In this document: positions 27,608 through 38,596 of the stretch, piece by piece
Layout of the letters: each line of letters opens with the position of its first letter
Numbering within the stretch: the first letter of the stretch is position 1
Assembly: GCA_965205265.1 (NCBI GenBank)
Contig: CBDBGH010000003.1
Span: forward strand, 5,216,001-5,280,000
Origin: Alphaproteobacteria bacterium
GTDB lineage: Bacteria; Pseudomonadota; Alphaproteobacteria; Bin95
Reading direction: 5' to 3'
DNA: 64,000 nucleotides
Program-made: the position numbers and the translations under genes
The notes under the pieces: model-generated
The model's input: only the letters and a program-made list of their open reading frames with translations
Told to the model about the DNA's origin: nothing
Database searches by the model: none

Positions 27608-30600
27608 TCAGCTGCATCCGTCGGTCTGCCCGCAGGTCATGCATTTGAGGCAGGTCCCGTTGCGGACCATGGTGAAGTTCCCGCAGCCGCCGCAGGCGTC
27701 GCCCTCGTATCCCATGCGGCGGGCCTGGGCGACGGCGAAGTCCCTCGAGCCGGGCGCCGGGGCGACACCGCCGCTGTCGTCCGGGAAGGCGTAGAGGTTA
27801 TCGCGTGCGAAACCGCGGCTCGCGCCGAGGACGGCCGCGGGGCCCGCGGCTTCGATGACCGTGCCGTGCCCGGTTTCGGAGCCGTTGCCGTCGCCCAGGC
27901 TGTCGGGCCGGAGATCTTCCGGTTGGACATGGGCGAGGTCGCGGCGGCCGAGATAGGAGATCGCCAGTTCGCGGAAGATATAGTCGAGCACGGAGGTCGA
28001 CATCTTGATGGTGTCATTGCCCTCGACGAGCCCGGAGGGCTCGAAGCGCGTGAACACGAAGGCTTCGACGAACTCTTCCAGAGGCACGCCGTACTGCAGG
28101 CCGATCGAGATCGCGATGGCGAAATTGTTCATCAGGCTGCGGAAGGCCGCGCCTTCCTTGTGCATGTCGATGAAGATCTCGCCGAGCTTGCCGTCGTCAT
28201 ATTCGCCCGTGCGCAGATAGACCTTGTGGTTCCCGACCCGGGCCTTCTGGGTGTAGCCCTTGCGCCGGTGCGGGAGGCGCTCGCGCTCCATATGGCGGAC
28301 GAGGCGCTCCGCCACGGACGCCACGCGCAGCGGCACCGGATCGTCCGCTTCGGCGCCCGGGTCGTCGCCGAGCACGACAGAGGACAGCGGCTGGGAGAGT
28401 TTCGAGCCGTCGCGGTAGAGGGCGTTGGCCTTCAGGCCCAGCTCCCAGGAAAGCATGTAGGCGTCGGTGCAGTCCTGGACCGTGGCCTCGTTGGGCATGT
28501 TCACCGTCTTCGAGATGGCGCCAGAAATGAAGGGCTGGACCGCGCCGAGCATGCGGATATGGCTCTCGGTGGAGAGGCAGCGCGTGCCGGTCTGGCCGCA
28601 GGGATTGGCGCAGTCGAACACCGGGAGGTGTTCCTCGCGCAATCCTGGGGCGCCTTCCACGGTCATCGCCCCGCCGCACCAGAGGTTTGCGGCGTCGATC
28701 TCCTGCCTGGTGAAGCCGAGGGCCGCGAGAATATCGCCGCCGGCGATGGCGTCGTCATCCAGCCCGAGCGCCGTCCGGCAGTCCTCCTCGCCGATTTGCG
28801 CGGGGGTAAAGACGAACCGGATATCGAAGGCGCCGGGAAGGGCCGCCTCGACGGCGGCGGTCATGTCGGTGGTGAAGCCCCTGGCCGCAAGCGCGTCATG
28901 GTCGATTGCGGGCGACCCGGCGAGAGTGCCGCGGCCGATGGCGTGGCGCTCGATGGCGCCGATTTCGTCTTCATCGTAGCCCAGGCTGCGCAGCGCCGCC
29001 GGCACGAGGCTGTTGATGATCTTGAAATGGCCGCCGCCGGCGAGCTTCTTGAACTTCACAAGGGCGAAGTCCGGCTCGATACCGGTGGTGTCGCAGTCCA
29101 TGACCAGACCGATCGTGCCGGTGGGCGCTATCACGGTCGTCTGGGCGTTGCGGTATCCGTGTTCCACGCCTGCCTCGAGCGCAAGGTCCCATGCGCTCCG
29201 GGCGGCCCCGACAAGGCCGGGGAAGGGGCAGGCGTCGCGGTCGAGGGGTTGCGGGAGCGTATGCAGGCCTTCGTAGCCCTCGCTGCGCCCGTAGGCCGCC
29301 CGGCGATGATTGCGGATGACGCGCAGCATGTTCTCGCTGTTGGCCTCGTAGCCCTGGAAGGGTCCGAGGGTCCGGGCCATGTCGGCCGAGGTCTCGTAGG
29401 CGGTCGCGGTCATGAGCGAGGCGATGGCGCCGCCGACCCCGCGTCCCGCCTCGCTGTCGTAGGGAATGCCGCAGGACATCAGCAGCCCGCCGAGATTGGC
29501 GAAGCCGAGACCGAGCGTGCGGTAGCGCCAGGAGCGTTCGGCGATGCGCCGGGACGGGAACTGGGCCATGGACTCCGAAATCTCGAGCGTGATCGTCCAT
29601 AGCCGGACGGCCTTGCGGAAGTGGAGCGCGTCGAAGCCTCCGTCTTCGTCCAGGAAGGCCATCAGGTTGAGGGAAGCGAGATTGCATGCCGTGTCGTCGA
29701 GGAACATGTACTCGGAACAGGGGTTGGAGGCGTCGATGCGTCCCTCGGCCGGACAGGTGTGCCAGTCATTGATGGTCGTGTCGTACTGAAGTCCGGGGTC
29801 CGCGGAAGCCCAGGCGGCCGTGGCGATACGGTCCATGAGGTCGCGGGCCTTCACGGTGCGCGCAACCTCGCCGTCGGTCCGCTGGACGAGGTCCCAGTCC
29901 CCGTCGTCGCGGACGGCCTTCAGGAAGGTGTCGGTAACGCGTACCGAGTTGTTCGAGTTCTGGCCGGCGACGGTCAGATAGGCCTCGCTGTCCCAGTCCG
30001 TGTCGTAGGTGTCGACGGCCATGCTCCGATAGCCCTGACGGGCGAACTGGATGGCCCGCTGGATGTAGGCGTCCGGGATGAAGGCCCGCCGGGCGTCGCG
30101 GACCGCCCGGCGGAGCCCCGGATTGCGGCGCGGATCAAAAGGATCCGAGACGCCGCTCTCCGGTTCTGTACAGGTCTCCATGATGAGAGGCAGATGATGG
30201 GCGCAGGCTTTCGAGCCCGCGACCAGGGCCGCGACTTTCTGCTCCTCCACGGCCTTCCAGTCGATATAGTCCTCGATGTCGGGATGATCGATGTCGAGGG
30301 TGACCATCTTGGCGGCCCGGCGCGTGGTGCCGCCGGACTTGATGGCGCCCGCAGCGCGGTCGCCGATCTTGAGGAAGCTCATCAGCCCGGAGGACCGCCC
30401 GCCGCCGGAAAGCGGTTCGCCTTCGCCGCGCAGCCTCGAGAAATTGCTTCCGGTCCCGGAGCCGTATTTGAACAGGCGCGCCTCGCGCTGCCAGAGGTCC
30501 ATGATCCCGCCTTCATTGACCAGGTCGTCGGTGATCGACTGGATGAAGCAGGCATGCGGCTGCGGGCGCGCGTAGGAGGAGGTGGACGCGACGACCTCGC

Positions 30601-31186
30601 CGGTCTCCGGGTCGGCGTGGTAGTGGCCCTGCGAGGGGCCGTCCAGACCATAGGCCCAGTGCAGGCCGGTATTGAACCATTGCGGCGAGTTGGGGGCCCC
30701 GATCTGCCGGGCGAGCATCGCCGTCATCTCGGTATAGTAGAGCCGGGCGTCGTCTTCATCGGCGAAGCAGCCGGACTTCCAGCCCCAGTAGGTCCAGGCC
30801 CCGGCCATGCGGTGGAAGACCTGCCGGGCATCGGTCTCGGCGCCGAACCCGGCGCCCGGGGCCGCCCGCCGGGCCTGCAGCCACTCGGGAACGCCCTCCT
30901 CGTGGACCGGCTCCGTGCGGTCCGGCACGCCCGCCTTGCGGAAATACTTCTGCGCGAGCACGTCGACGGCGACCTGGGACCAGTCTTCCGGGGCGAGGAC
31001 GGCGTCGGCCGAAAAGACCGAGGTGCCGTCGGGATTGCGGATATCGCTCTGTCGCGCGGCATAGGAAACGGGTGCCAGGACGTGCGCCGGCAAGGGACTT
31101 TCGCCGTCGGGGAAAAGCAGCCTCCGGACCGGGCCAGCGATTTCGGGATCTCGCGGGACGGGGGCGGAAATACCTTCGGGGCTCAT
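27608..31186 (-). CDS. nrdJ: Vitamin B12-dependent (class II) ribonucleotide reductase
   Basis: [36 protein letters not shown] and C-terminal CxxC...CMTCG..DGCS. Confidence 0.97.
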   Translation of the reverse strand: MSPEGISAPVPRDPEIAGPVRRLLFPDGESPLPAHVLAPVSYAARQSDIRNPDGTSVFSADAVLAPEDWSQVAVDVLAQKYFRKAGVPDRTEPVHEEGVPEWLQARRAAPGAGFGAETDARQVFHRMAGAWTYWGWKSGCFADEDDARLYYTEMTAMLARQIGAPNSPQWFNTGLHWAYGLDGPSQGHYHADPETGEVVASTSSYARPQPHACFIQSITDDLVNEGGIMDLWQREARLFKYGSGTGSNFSRLRGEGEPLSGGGRSSGLMSFLKIGDRAAGAIKSGGTTRRAAKMVTLDIDHPDIEDYIDWKAVEEQKVAALVAGSKACAHHLPLIMETCTEPESGVSDPFDPRRNPGLRRAVRDARRAFIPDAYIQRAIQFARQGYRSMAVDTYDTDWDSEAYLTVAGQNSNNSVRVTDTFLKAVRDDGDWDLVQRTDGEVARTVKARDLMDRIATAAWASADPGLQYDTTINDWHTCPAEGRIDASNPCSEYMFLDDTACNLASLNLMAFLDEDGGFDALHFRKAVRLWTITLEISESMAQFPSRRIAERSWRYRTLGLGFANLGGLLMSCGIPYDSEAGRGVGGAIASLMTATAYETSADMARTLGPFQGYEANSENMLRVIRNHRRAAYGRSEGYEGLHTLPQPLDRDACPFPGLVGAARSAWDLALEAGVEHGYRNAQTTVIAPTGTIGLVMDCDTTGIEPDFALVKFKKLAGGGHFKIINSLVPAALRSLGYDEDEIGAIERHAIGRGTLAGSPAIDHDALAARGFTTDMTAAVEAALPGAFDIRFVFTPAQIGEEDCRTALGLDDDAIAGGDILAALGFTRQEIDAANLWCGGAMTVEGAPGLREEHLPVFDCANPCGQTGTRCLSTESHIRMLGAVQPFISGAISKTVNMPNEATVQDCTDAYMLSWELGLKANALYRDGSKLSQPLSSVVLGDDPGAEADDPVPLRVASVAERLVRHMERERLPHRRKGYTQKARVGNHKVYLRTGEYDDGKLGEIFIDMHKEGAAFRSLMNNFAIAISIGLQYGVPLEEFVEAFVFTRFEPSGLVEGNDTIKMSTSVLDYIFRELAISYLGRRDLAHVQPEDLRPDSLGDGNGSETGHGTVIEAAGPAAVLGASRGFARDNLYAFPDDSGGVAPAPGSRDFAVAQARRMGYEGDACGGCGNFTMVRNGTCLKCMTCGQTDGCS

Positions 31187-31279
31187 GGGGTCCTCGCTGC
31201 GGGTATTCGAACCCGATGCAGGGTAAAGCTGTCCGGTGAAAATCCAGCGCGGGAATTTTCGGCCGGGAGGGTGCGGGGC

Positions 31280-32308
31280 TCAGGACGGGCGGGCAGTGTG
31301 CTCCGGAGCGCCGAGGGCGCTGCCGAGCCGTTCGGCTTCGGACCGGTAGGCAAGAGCGCAGGAAAAGCCCGCCTCGATCCGGGCCGTGATCGGCTCCGGG
31401 GCATCGGACGGAGTCGGCGCGTTTTCTCCGTGGAAGGGCCGAAGCCCCCATCCGCCACGATTCAGGCCTTCGCAGGGAAGGGTCTTCCATTCCTTGTAAG
31501 TGGATGCGAAGGCCTCCGACCATGCGTCGCCGTCGAGCGGCGCCCCGTGGGCAAGCAGGTCCAGCACGGCATTGCGGGCCGACCCGATGAAATTGTCATC
31601 GCAATCGAGTCCGGCCAAGGCATCCCGGTAGCGCGATGCGAGCTGGGGATGCGTCGTGCAGGCCCAGAGGATCTCGATGGCTGTGCAAAGATACTTGCAG
31701 GTCAGGTATTCGAGGCGGCGTCGGCGTTCGTGCTCCGCCTGGGCGGCGTCGGCTGCTGCTGCTGCTGCTGCGGCGATGGCGGCCGCCTTGCCGGGCGAAG
31801 CGAGGCAGGCTTCCGCGCAGCCCGACAGCGAACTGCGCATGAAAGAAGACCACAAAGTCGCCGGACTCTCCTTTGCGGTATCCGTCCAGAGATAGTCCAG
31901 CGTCAGGGTCGGCATTTCCGGTCTTGCGTCGAACTCCCGGCTGCGCAGCTCCCCGATCATGCCGTGGACCAGCGCGCAATCGGCGTCGTGGAGTTCCCGC
32001 AGGCAATCGGCCACAGGCTTCCACGGCATGAGTTCTTTGAGAATGGGGTGGCGTTTCTCCCGAAACAGCGCCCTCAGCCGCGCACGGACATGCGAGGGAA
32101 GGGAACGCAGCGCCTCCAGAAAAGGCTGGCCCGCAGCCTCGGAGGCGGAAATGCCCTGGAACGCGGCATCAAGGGCTTCGGGGTAGCCAGACCCGGAGAA
32201 TATCGCCTCCTGCGAGGCGGAGGAGTCGAGAAACGCCTGCATAGCGGCTTCGAGACGTTCGGCAAGGCCGACCTTGCCGCGAGCGTCGAGGCAGGAAATT
32301 GAGGACAT
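31280..32308 (-). CDS. Hypothetical protein, paralog C of an unrecognised family
   Basis: RRRLEYL...HP...NAVLDLLAHGAPLDGDAWSEAF, shared with the next two ORFs. Confidence 0.7.
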   Translation of the reverse strand: MSSISCLDARGKVGLAERLEAAMQAFLDSSASQEAIFSGSGYPEALDAAFQGISASEAAGQPFLEALRSLPSHVRARLRALFREKRHPILKELMPWKPVADCLRELHDADCALVHGMIGELRSREFDARPEMPTLTLDYLWTDTAKESPATLWSSFMRSSLSGCAEACLASPGKAAAIAAAAAAAADAAQAEHERRRRLEYLTCKYLCTAIEILWACTTHPQLASRYRDALAGLDCDDNFIGSARNAVLDLLAHGAPLDGDAWSEAFASTYKEWKTLPCEGLNRGGWGLRPFHGENAPTPSDAPEPITARIEAGFSCALAYRSEAERLGSALGAPEHTARPS

Positions 32309-32371
32309 CGGGAGATGCCTCCCTCTGGATGAGGGTCGGACGAAGGACGCCGGGACCGGCCCGGGCGCCGG

Positions 32372-33340
32372 TCAACGGAAGCGGTAGAAGGCGGCGACGC
32401 TGCCCGTGACCGATTTCTCGGCTTCCTGGAGTTGGCCGGCGGCGCTCTCGAGCAGGTCCCACTCCCGGGCCATATGGGCGCGCGCGTCGTCCCGGCTGCG
32501 GGATGGATCGAGCACCTCCGTGACCGGCCGCGAGGAAAAGACGATGCCGGCCTCCTGGAACCATGTCTTGAATGCCTCGCACCAGGCGGCCCCGTCCTGC
32601 GGCGCGTCGGCCTCCACCAGCGCGAGAACGGCGTCGGCCAGGGTCCGGACGGCAGCGGGGATGTCGGCGGGCAGGTTGTTGAGCCGCTCCCGCTGCTCAT
32701 AGGCCAGAGCCGGATGCGGGATCATGAGCAGGAGGACAGACAGAACCGCGCCGGCCTGCCGGTCGCGGAGCGTGTTGATCTGCCGCCGGGCCTCGTAGCG
32801 CTCGGTGAGGGCGTCCGCGACCTGGCAGACGGCGTCGGCAGTGGCCTCGACCGCCGGCAGCCGATCGAGCGGCGCCGGTGTCGCGGCGGCGGCGAATTCG
32901 CGCCAGACGGACAGCAGGGGCCGGGGCGCCGCAAGTCTCGGCTCGAGGAGGAAGCGCAGATCGCTGTCTAGGCGCAGGGGAAGGAAGTCGATGCCGTTGA
33001 GGGTTCCGAGAACGAGTTTCTTACACTCGTCGGTAATGGAGACGATGATGCGATTGATATCGCGCCAGCGCCGGTCAGCACGTCCCAAGGCAACGGTGCC
33101 GATGGGGCTGGTGAAAAGGTCCAGTGCGGCGCGGTCTTCCGATTCCAGGCGCGCCAGCAGCAAGGTGAGCGACGCCGTTTGCGTCGGATTCTTCGCGCGT
33201 TCCAGCAGGAACATTGCAGGCTGGGGAATCGGCGTTTCGTTCAGCCGGTTGACCGTTTCGTCTTCGAGGCTGCTGGCCCAGGCGGCGAGTTCCGCCCCGG
33301 CCAGGTCCGCGTTCGGATGGGGTATCCGGAGTGCTGCCAT
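32372..33340 (-). CDS. Hypothetical protein, paralog B
   Basis: RRQINTL...HP...DAVLALVEADAPQDGAAWCEAF; ends FYRFR. Confidence 0.75.
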   Translation of the reverse strand: MAALRIPHPNADLAGAELAAWASSLEDETVNRLNETPIPQPAMFLLERAKNPTQTASLTLLLARLESEDRAALDLFTSPIGTVALGRADRRWRDINRIIVSITDECKKLVLGTLNGIDFLPLRLDSDLRFLLEPRLAAPRPLLSVWREFAAAATPAPLDRLPAVEATADAVCQVADALTERYEARRQINTLRDRQAGAVLSVLLLMIPHPALAYEQRERLNNLPADIPAAVRTLADAVLALVEADAPQDGAAWCEAFKTWFQEAGIVFSSRPVTEVLDPSRSRDDARAHMAREWDLLESAAGQLQEAEKSVTGSVAAFYRFR

Positions 33341-33513
33341 TGATGATGATCCTTCCCTGCTTGTGCGGTGTTTCAGTCCGCCAGTCGATAACCCTGTGTC
33401 CCTTCGTGGGTCGCGGGATTCCACACCTAACATGCCGGGACAGGCGGCCGTCATGGGCCCGAACCAAATAGATGGGGAAAACCGGACTTCGCGCGCCGTT
33501 TTCCGGACCGGAC

Positions 33514-34545
33514 TCACCGGAACCGGAAACAGCGCCTGAACTGCGTTGCCGCCTCGTCGCCGAGTTCGCGTTCCAGGTCCGCGATCTGTTCGGCGACGAG
33601 GCCCGTCTCCGTCCGGCGCCCGGCCAGGAACTGTTGGGTTTCGGCCCTTGATTTGCGCGGGCGCGGGGCGACCGAGGACGACTTGTCGTAATGCGGGAAG
33701 TCGGTCCCATAATGCCAGAACCATGACTGGAATGCTTCGGCCCAGCCCATGCCGTCGGGCAAACACCCGGCGTCAAGAACCGCCAGAACGCCGTCGCGCA
33801 GACTGCGGGCTGCGGTCGGCAGGTCGGCCATGGCCTTGATGTGGCCATGTTGCGCGAGTCCTGTCTCGGGTTGGTTGATGACCGCGAGCAGGATGGAGGT
33901 ATCGAGACAGCCCCGCAGATGATACAGGGTCTCGAGCTGGCGGCGAACCTCATGTTCGGCTGTCAGCGCGTCAGCAAGACCGGCAAGACCGCTGGCGTGG
34001 CCACAGGGCTCCGGGATGCCGGATGCAAGGGTTCCCAGAGCGCCCGCGGCGGCGAATCCCGACCACAGGCCGTGAACCGGGCCGGGCGGGGCGGCGGGCG
34101 GCGCCCAGGCGCCCGCGACAGGCATGTCCCCCGAATGGGCCAGAACGGGAAGGCCCTTGCCATGGGCAAGGCCGAGCCCTTCCGTCCGCAGGCCGTAAAG
34201 AGTGAGGAGCGCAGCCTCGCGGCTGCACTTGGTGATCCTGTCCATGGCGGTGCCCACGGCGGCCCACACGGGGGAATCCTGGGAGGAAGCCAGAAGTGGC
34301 ATGAGGCGCGAGCTGCGCAGACAGGCCCTGTCCTCGGAGGTCAGCCGGGACATGAGCATGAGCAGACTCATGTCCGGTTCTGCCGCCTCTCTGGCAGTTT
34401 TGAACAAACGGCCGAGCGCTTCGTCCAGACCTTCGTGGTTTCCCAGCCGACGTGTTCGGACGTCGGCCTCAAGTGCCTCGATATAGGCGGCGAGATCGGC
34501 ACCGCTCGTGGCGGGTCCGGCCGGGGCAGCGGTGACTGCGGTCAC
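33514..34545 (-). CDS. Hypothetical protein, paralog A
   Basis: RRQLETL...QP...DGVLAVLDAGCLPDGMGWAEAF; ends CFRFR; GTGA overlap with recD2. Confidence 0.75.
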   Translation of the reverse strand: MTAVTAAPAGPATSGADLAAYIEALEADVRTRRLGNHEGLDEALGRLFKTAREAAEPDMSLLMLMSRLTSEDRACLRSSRLMPLLASSQDSPVWAAVGTAMDRITKCSREAALLTLYGLRTEGLGLAHGKGLPVLAHSGDMPVAGAWAPPAAPPGPVHGLWSGFAAAGALGTLASGIPEPCGHASGLAGLADALTAEHEVRRQLETLYHLRGCLDTSILLAVINQPETGLAQHGHIKAMADLPTAARSLRDGVLAVLDAGCLPDGMGWAEAFQSWFWHYGTDFPHYDKSSSVAPRPRKSRAETQQFLAGRRTETGLVAEQIADLERELGDEAATQFRRCFRFR

Positions 34546-36797
34546 AGCGACGGTCTCCTTTCGGCGATCTGTTCCTCGAGAAGCTGCCGCAACCGGGTCC
34601 AGCGGCGGTTGGCCGAGGACGCGCGCACGGCCCGCGTGACGGCCCTCTCGTCGCCGACCAGGACGACATAGCGCTTGCCCCTGGTCACGGCGGTGTAGAG
34701 CAGGTTGCGCTGGAGCATCACGTAGTGCTGCATGGTCAGCGGAATGACGACAGCCGGGTATTCGGAGCCCTGGCTCTTGTGGATGGAAATGGCCCAGGCC
34801 GGAACGAGGGCGTCGAGTTCCTGGAAGGTGTAGGGGACGGCGCGCTCGCGGCCCTCGAAAAGGACGCCGAGGGTCTTGCGATCCGCATCGAGTTCGACGA
34901 CGAAGCCGATATCGCCGTTGAAGACCTTCCTGTTGTAGTCGTTCTCGATCTGCATGGCCTTGTCGGCCAGGGCCCAGCGCCAGCCGCCGCGCTCGATGAC
35001 GGACTCGTCGCGGGCCGGGTTGAGCAGCTTCTGCATCTGGATATTGAGGTTGCGGGTCCCGACTTTCGGGCGGTGCATGGGACAGATGACCTGGATATCC
35101 TCGGCGGCCCGCAGGCCGAACCGCCTGGGCAGGCGCTCGGAAACGATCTCAAGCGTGCGCTCGACGGTTATGGCCGCGGTTGCGGCCGGGACGAAGAAGA
35201 AGTCGGTCGGCACGTCCGGGCGCGACAGATCCGGGACCTCGCCGGAATTGATGAGATGGGCCGCATGGACGATGCGGCTGTTGCGCTCCTGCCGATGGAT
35301 ACGGCTCAGCCGCGAGACCGGCAGGGAGCCGGAGACGATGATGTCCCCGAGCACATGGCCGGGTCCGACCGAGGGCAGCTGGTCCACGTCGCCGACGATC
35401 AGCAGGGCGGCCCCGTCGCGCAGGGCCCGCAGAAGCGATTCCATCAGTTCGGCATCGACCATGCTGCACTCGTCGACGATAACCAGGTCGGCGGACAGCG
35501 GGTCGTCCTCGTTGCGCAGGAATTCGAACGTGGCCGGGGAGAATTCGAGCAGCCGGTGAATTGTCATCGCCTCGTGGCCGGTGGCCTCGGACATGCGCTT
35601 CGCCGCCCGTCCGGTCGGGGCGCACAGGGATATCGTGATTTCGCGGGGTCGGAGAATGTCCAGGACCGCCTTCAGGATCGTGGTCTTGCCGACGCCGGGC
35701 CCGCCTGTAATGACGAACAGCTTGTGGGTGAGCGCGCGCAGCACGGCGGCGCGCTGCTCGGTGTCGAAGCGCAGCCCGGAGCGCTGCTCGGCGGCGGAGA
35801 CCGCCGCATCCGGATCGGCGACCGACCAGGGCAGGGCGCCGGCGGAAAGGCGCCGGAGATCGTGGGCAATCCGGTTCTCGCAGGCGAAGAGAACCGGCGA
35901 AAACACGCAGTGGATCCCGGATATCCTGTCCAGGTGAAGGCGTTCCGCCGCAATCTCCTCGTCGAACACCGCGTTGATCGCGGCGGGCGACACCTCGAGC
36001 AGTTCCTTGGCGCGCTGCAGGAAAATGTCGAGGGGCAGTCCGCAATGCCCTTCGGAGCGGCTTTCGTGGAGAACATGGAAAAGCGCGGCCCGCAGGCGTT
36101 CGGGATTGTCCTTCGTGAATCCGGCGGCCAGCGCGATGGTATCGGAAGTGGCGAAGCCGATGCCGCGGATGTCGCGGGCCAGCCGGTAGGGGTCGGCCTG
36201 CATGACCTGCATCGCCCGGCTGCCATAGGCCCGGTAGATGCGGTAGGCCCGCGCCCCGCCGAGCCCATGGCCGTGCAGGAAGACCATGATGGTCCGGATG
36301 GTCCTGTCCTCGGCCCAGCTTTCGACGATGGCCCTGGCGCGGCCGGGGCCGATGCCGGCAACGTCCTGGAGGCGCCCGGGCTCGTTCTCGATGATGTCGA
36401 AAACCTGCTCGCCGAAAGCCTGTATGAGCCGACGCGCATAGACGGTGCCGATGCCGTTGACCATGCCGGAAGCGAGGTATTTCTCCATCGCCTCGAGCGA
36501 GCCGGGCGGGCCGACATGGATGAAATTCGCCTTGAGTTGCCGGCCGTGGGTCGGGTTGTGGACCCATTCGCCCTGATAGGAAATGCCGTCGCCTTCGTCG
36601 AGCGGCACTGAATGGCCCACGACCGTGATGAGGTTGTGCTCGTCGCTGTCCGGCCGGACGAGGAGAACGCAGAAGCCGGTTTCGACATTGTGGTAGATGA
36701 CCTTCCTGACAATGCCGGCGCCGGACAGCGGCACACCGTCCGCGGCGGAGGCGGGCCCCGGCGCGGACGGTGTGCCGATGGCGGCGTCAGCCTGCAT
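34542..36797 (-). CDS. recD2: RecD2-like SF1B helicase
   Basis: N-terminal HhH, TGGPGVGKTT, VDECSMVD, GDVDQLPSVG, HKSQGSEY, RNLLYTAVTRG. Confidence 0.95.
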   Translation of the reverse strand: MQADAAIGTPSAPGPASAADGVPLSGAGIVRKVIYHNVETGFCVLLVRPDSDEHNLITVVGHSVPLDEGDGISYQGEWVHNPTHGRQLKANFIHVGPPGSLEAMEKYLASGMVNGIGTVYARRLIQAFGEQVFDIIENEPGRLQDVAGIGPGRARAIVESWAEDRTIRTIMVFLHGHGLGGARAYRIYRAYGSRAMQVMQADPYRLARDIRGIGFATSDTIALAAGFTKDNPERLRAALFHVLHESRSEGHCGLPLDIFLQRAKELLEVSPAAINAVFDEEIAAERLHLDRISGIHCVFSPVLFACENRIAHDLRRLSAGALPWSVADPDAAVSAAEQRSGLRFDTEQRAAVLRALTHKLFVITGGPGVGKTTILKAVLDILRPREITISLCAPTGRAAKRMSEATGHEAMTIHRLLEFSPATFEFLRNEDDPLSADLVIVDECSMVDAELMESLLRALRDGAALLIVGDVDQLPSVGPGHVLGDIIVSGSLPVSRLSRIHRQERNSRIVHAAHLINSGEVPDLSRPDVPTDFFFVPAATAAITVERTLEIVSERLPRRFGLRAAEDIQVICPMHRPKVGTRNLNIQMQKLLNPARDESVIERGGWRWALADKAMQIENDYNRKVFNGDIGFVVELDADRKTLGVLFEGRERAVPYTFQELDALVPAWAISIHKSQGSEYPAVVIPLTMQHYVMLQRNLLYTAVTRGKRYVVLVGDERAVTRAVRASSANRRWTRLRQLLEEQIAERRPSL

Positions 36798-37110
36798 GGC
36801 TGCCCTCGTCGGAGTCGTTGGCGCCGCGCGCGTCCAACCCGTCGAGAAGGGCGTTTGGCCAGTCTGTCGTCACGGCGATGCGTCCGTGCGCCCGAGGGTC
36901 AACAAGGCGCCGGAGAGGTCGTCGGGAAACCCGTGGAGAACGCGGTGCACGGTTTACGGTTTCCTCGCCCGGGTCCTGAACCTCGACGCCACCATCGACG
37001 AGGTCATCGCAGGATATGCCCGTTTTCCTGGCCCGGTAAGCCGCCCATCCCGGAACAGGCTCCCGGATATGTTGGTGAAGGTCTTCGGCATCGAACCTGT
37101 TATCCGTCAT
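36787..37110 (-). CDS. Hypothetical protein
   Basis: Overlaps the integrase stop and the recD2 start. Confidence 0.5.
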   Translation of the reverse strand: MTDNRFDAEDLHQHIREPVPGWAAYRARKTGISCDDLVDGGVEVQDPGEETVNRAPRSPRVSRRPLRRLVDPRAHGRIAVTTDWPNALLDGLDARGANDSDEGSHAG

Positions 37111-38398
37111 CGCGCACCGCGGCACGGTCATCGCTAAACGGGTCATGGATGCGGGTCGAGGCCTTCTGGAGAGACCGGTCGCCGCGCCGGTCGTAGCGCG
37201 CGGTCGTCAGGGGCGAGGCGTGGCCCGCAAGACGCTGCACGATCGCGATATCGGTGCCTGCCTCCAGGGAGTCGGAAACGAAGGTGCGGCGCAGGTCGTG
37301 AGGCGTGAGCCGGTCGAGGCCGGCGGCCTGGGCCCGGCGGGCAAGGCGTCGCATGAGAGCGTCTCCCGATATGCCGCGGTTGCCGGCGACCCGGGTTCCC
37401 CGGCGAAGCTGGGTGAGCACGGGCCCGGGCTCCCTTCCCCGGAGTTCTATCCAGCGGTTGAGGGCTTCAAGGGCGCCGCTCGAGAGCCAGATGCGCCGCT
37501 GGCGGTTGCCCTTGCCGATCACACGGATCTCGCCGCTGTCGAGATCGACATCGCGCAGCTGCAGAGAACAGGCCTCCGCACGTCGAAGGCCGCCGGAATA
37601 GAGCAGGGCGAAGGCCGCCGCATCGCGGGTGCCGAGCAGGACGTTCTTGCGGTCCCGGCAGCTGGCGATGAGCCTCGAGAGTTCCTCGTCGGTTGCAGAC
37701 CGGCCGGCGGGCAGACGGCTGCCGGGAACGGCCCGAAAGTCGATCGCGCGCTGATAGTCGTCGGTCGACATGGCTCCCAGGCGCCAGGCCGCCCTCAGCA
37801 CGCCTCGCAGTACGGACAGGATACGGTTGGCCGTGGCCGGTGCGTATCGCGCCGCCAATTCGGAGCGCAGCTGCATGGTTTCCGCCGCACGCAATTGCTC
37901 CCAGGGAAAGTCCTCGAAAGCCCCGTATTCGCGGCCGGAGAGAAATCCGGCGATTCGCACGAGGCATCGCAGCGCCGAACGTCCCGACTCGCGCGACGGC
38001 CCGACCGAGAGGGAGGCGAGATAGGCCAGTGTGGGCGAAGCGGGCCGGGTCGGGCCGGGGAGCCCCGCGCCGGCTACGGTCACGGCGGTTCCCGGCCCGG
38101 CTTCCGGCATTGCCCCGTGGCCGTCGGGCGGGGGCCGGGAAAGCAGGTCGTCCTCGGCGGCCTTCAGGACACCGCGAAGACAGGAAAGCATGTGCCGAAC
38201 CGTCGCGGGGGCGTACCGGGCCGCGAGCTTGTCGCGCATTTCGTGGAATCCGGGTCCCCGCAGGGCCTCCCAGCAGTTGTCCGGGTCCCCGCCCGCCAGC
38301 TCGCATATCCTGCGCAGCGAACGGGTAGCCTGTTCCCGGGACCGGCCCGGCGCCAGGGTGGCGAGGTAGATGCTGACGGGATGGACGCTTTCGGTCAT
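37100..38398 (-). CDS. Tyrosine recombinase with duplicated core-binding domain
   Basis: GLRRAE, GKGN, HDLRRT, LAGH, RYDRR; two copies of YLAxL...LAARYAPAT...LRGVL. Confidence 0.93.
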   Translation of the reverse strand: MTESVHPVSIYLATLAPGRSREQATRSLRRICELAGGDPDNCWEALRGPGFHEMRDKLAARYAPATVRHMLSCLRGVLKAAEDDLLSRPPPDGHGAMPEAGPGTAVTVAGAGLPGPTRPASPTLAYLASLSVGPSRESGRSALRCLVRIAGFLSGREYGAFEDFPWEQLRAAETMQLRSELAARYAPATANRILSVLRGVLRAAWRLGAMSTDDYQRAIDFRAVPGSRLPAGRSATDEELSRLIASCRDRKNVLLGTRDAAAFALLYSGGLRRAEACSLQLRDVDLDSGEIRVIGKGNRQRRIWLSSGALEALNRWIELRGREPGPVLTQLRRGTRVAGNRGISGDALMRRLARRAQAAGLDRLTPHDLRRTFVSDSLEAGTDIAIVQRLAGHASPLTTARYDRRGDRSLQKASTRIHDPFSDDRAAVRDDG

Positions 38399-38437
38399 GG
38401 GCGGTCGGCCGGTTCCCTGCTTGATCTGCGAATCATA

Positions 38438-38468
38438 ACACAATCCGATTGTGTGGACAATCCGATTG
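38438..38468. promoter_or_regulatory. Palindromic double box upstream of the integrase
   Basis: ACACAATC-C-GATTGTGT (8-bp arms) followed by a second ACAATCCGATTG. Confidence 0.6.
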
Positions 38469-38596
38469 CACATTCGCGGGAACCACGCTAGTCTGTAGCC
38501 GCCCGCCTGTGCAGTGGAGATAACCGGCACGGTCCGTGGGACAAGAGGAAAAGGTCCCGCTGGACTTTTTCACGCTGTCGCGGAAAGGTCATCCGG

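Noticed and set aside
31752-31771. (GCT)n microsatellite
   Set aside because: In-frame poly-Ala tract; triplet slippage would not phase-vary the gene
26471-32302. Very long plus-strand ORFs (1043 aa, 893 aa) and similar ones opposite recD2, dnaB and the integrase
   Set aside because: Antisense shadows of real genes in high-GC DNA; no motifs
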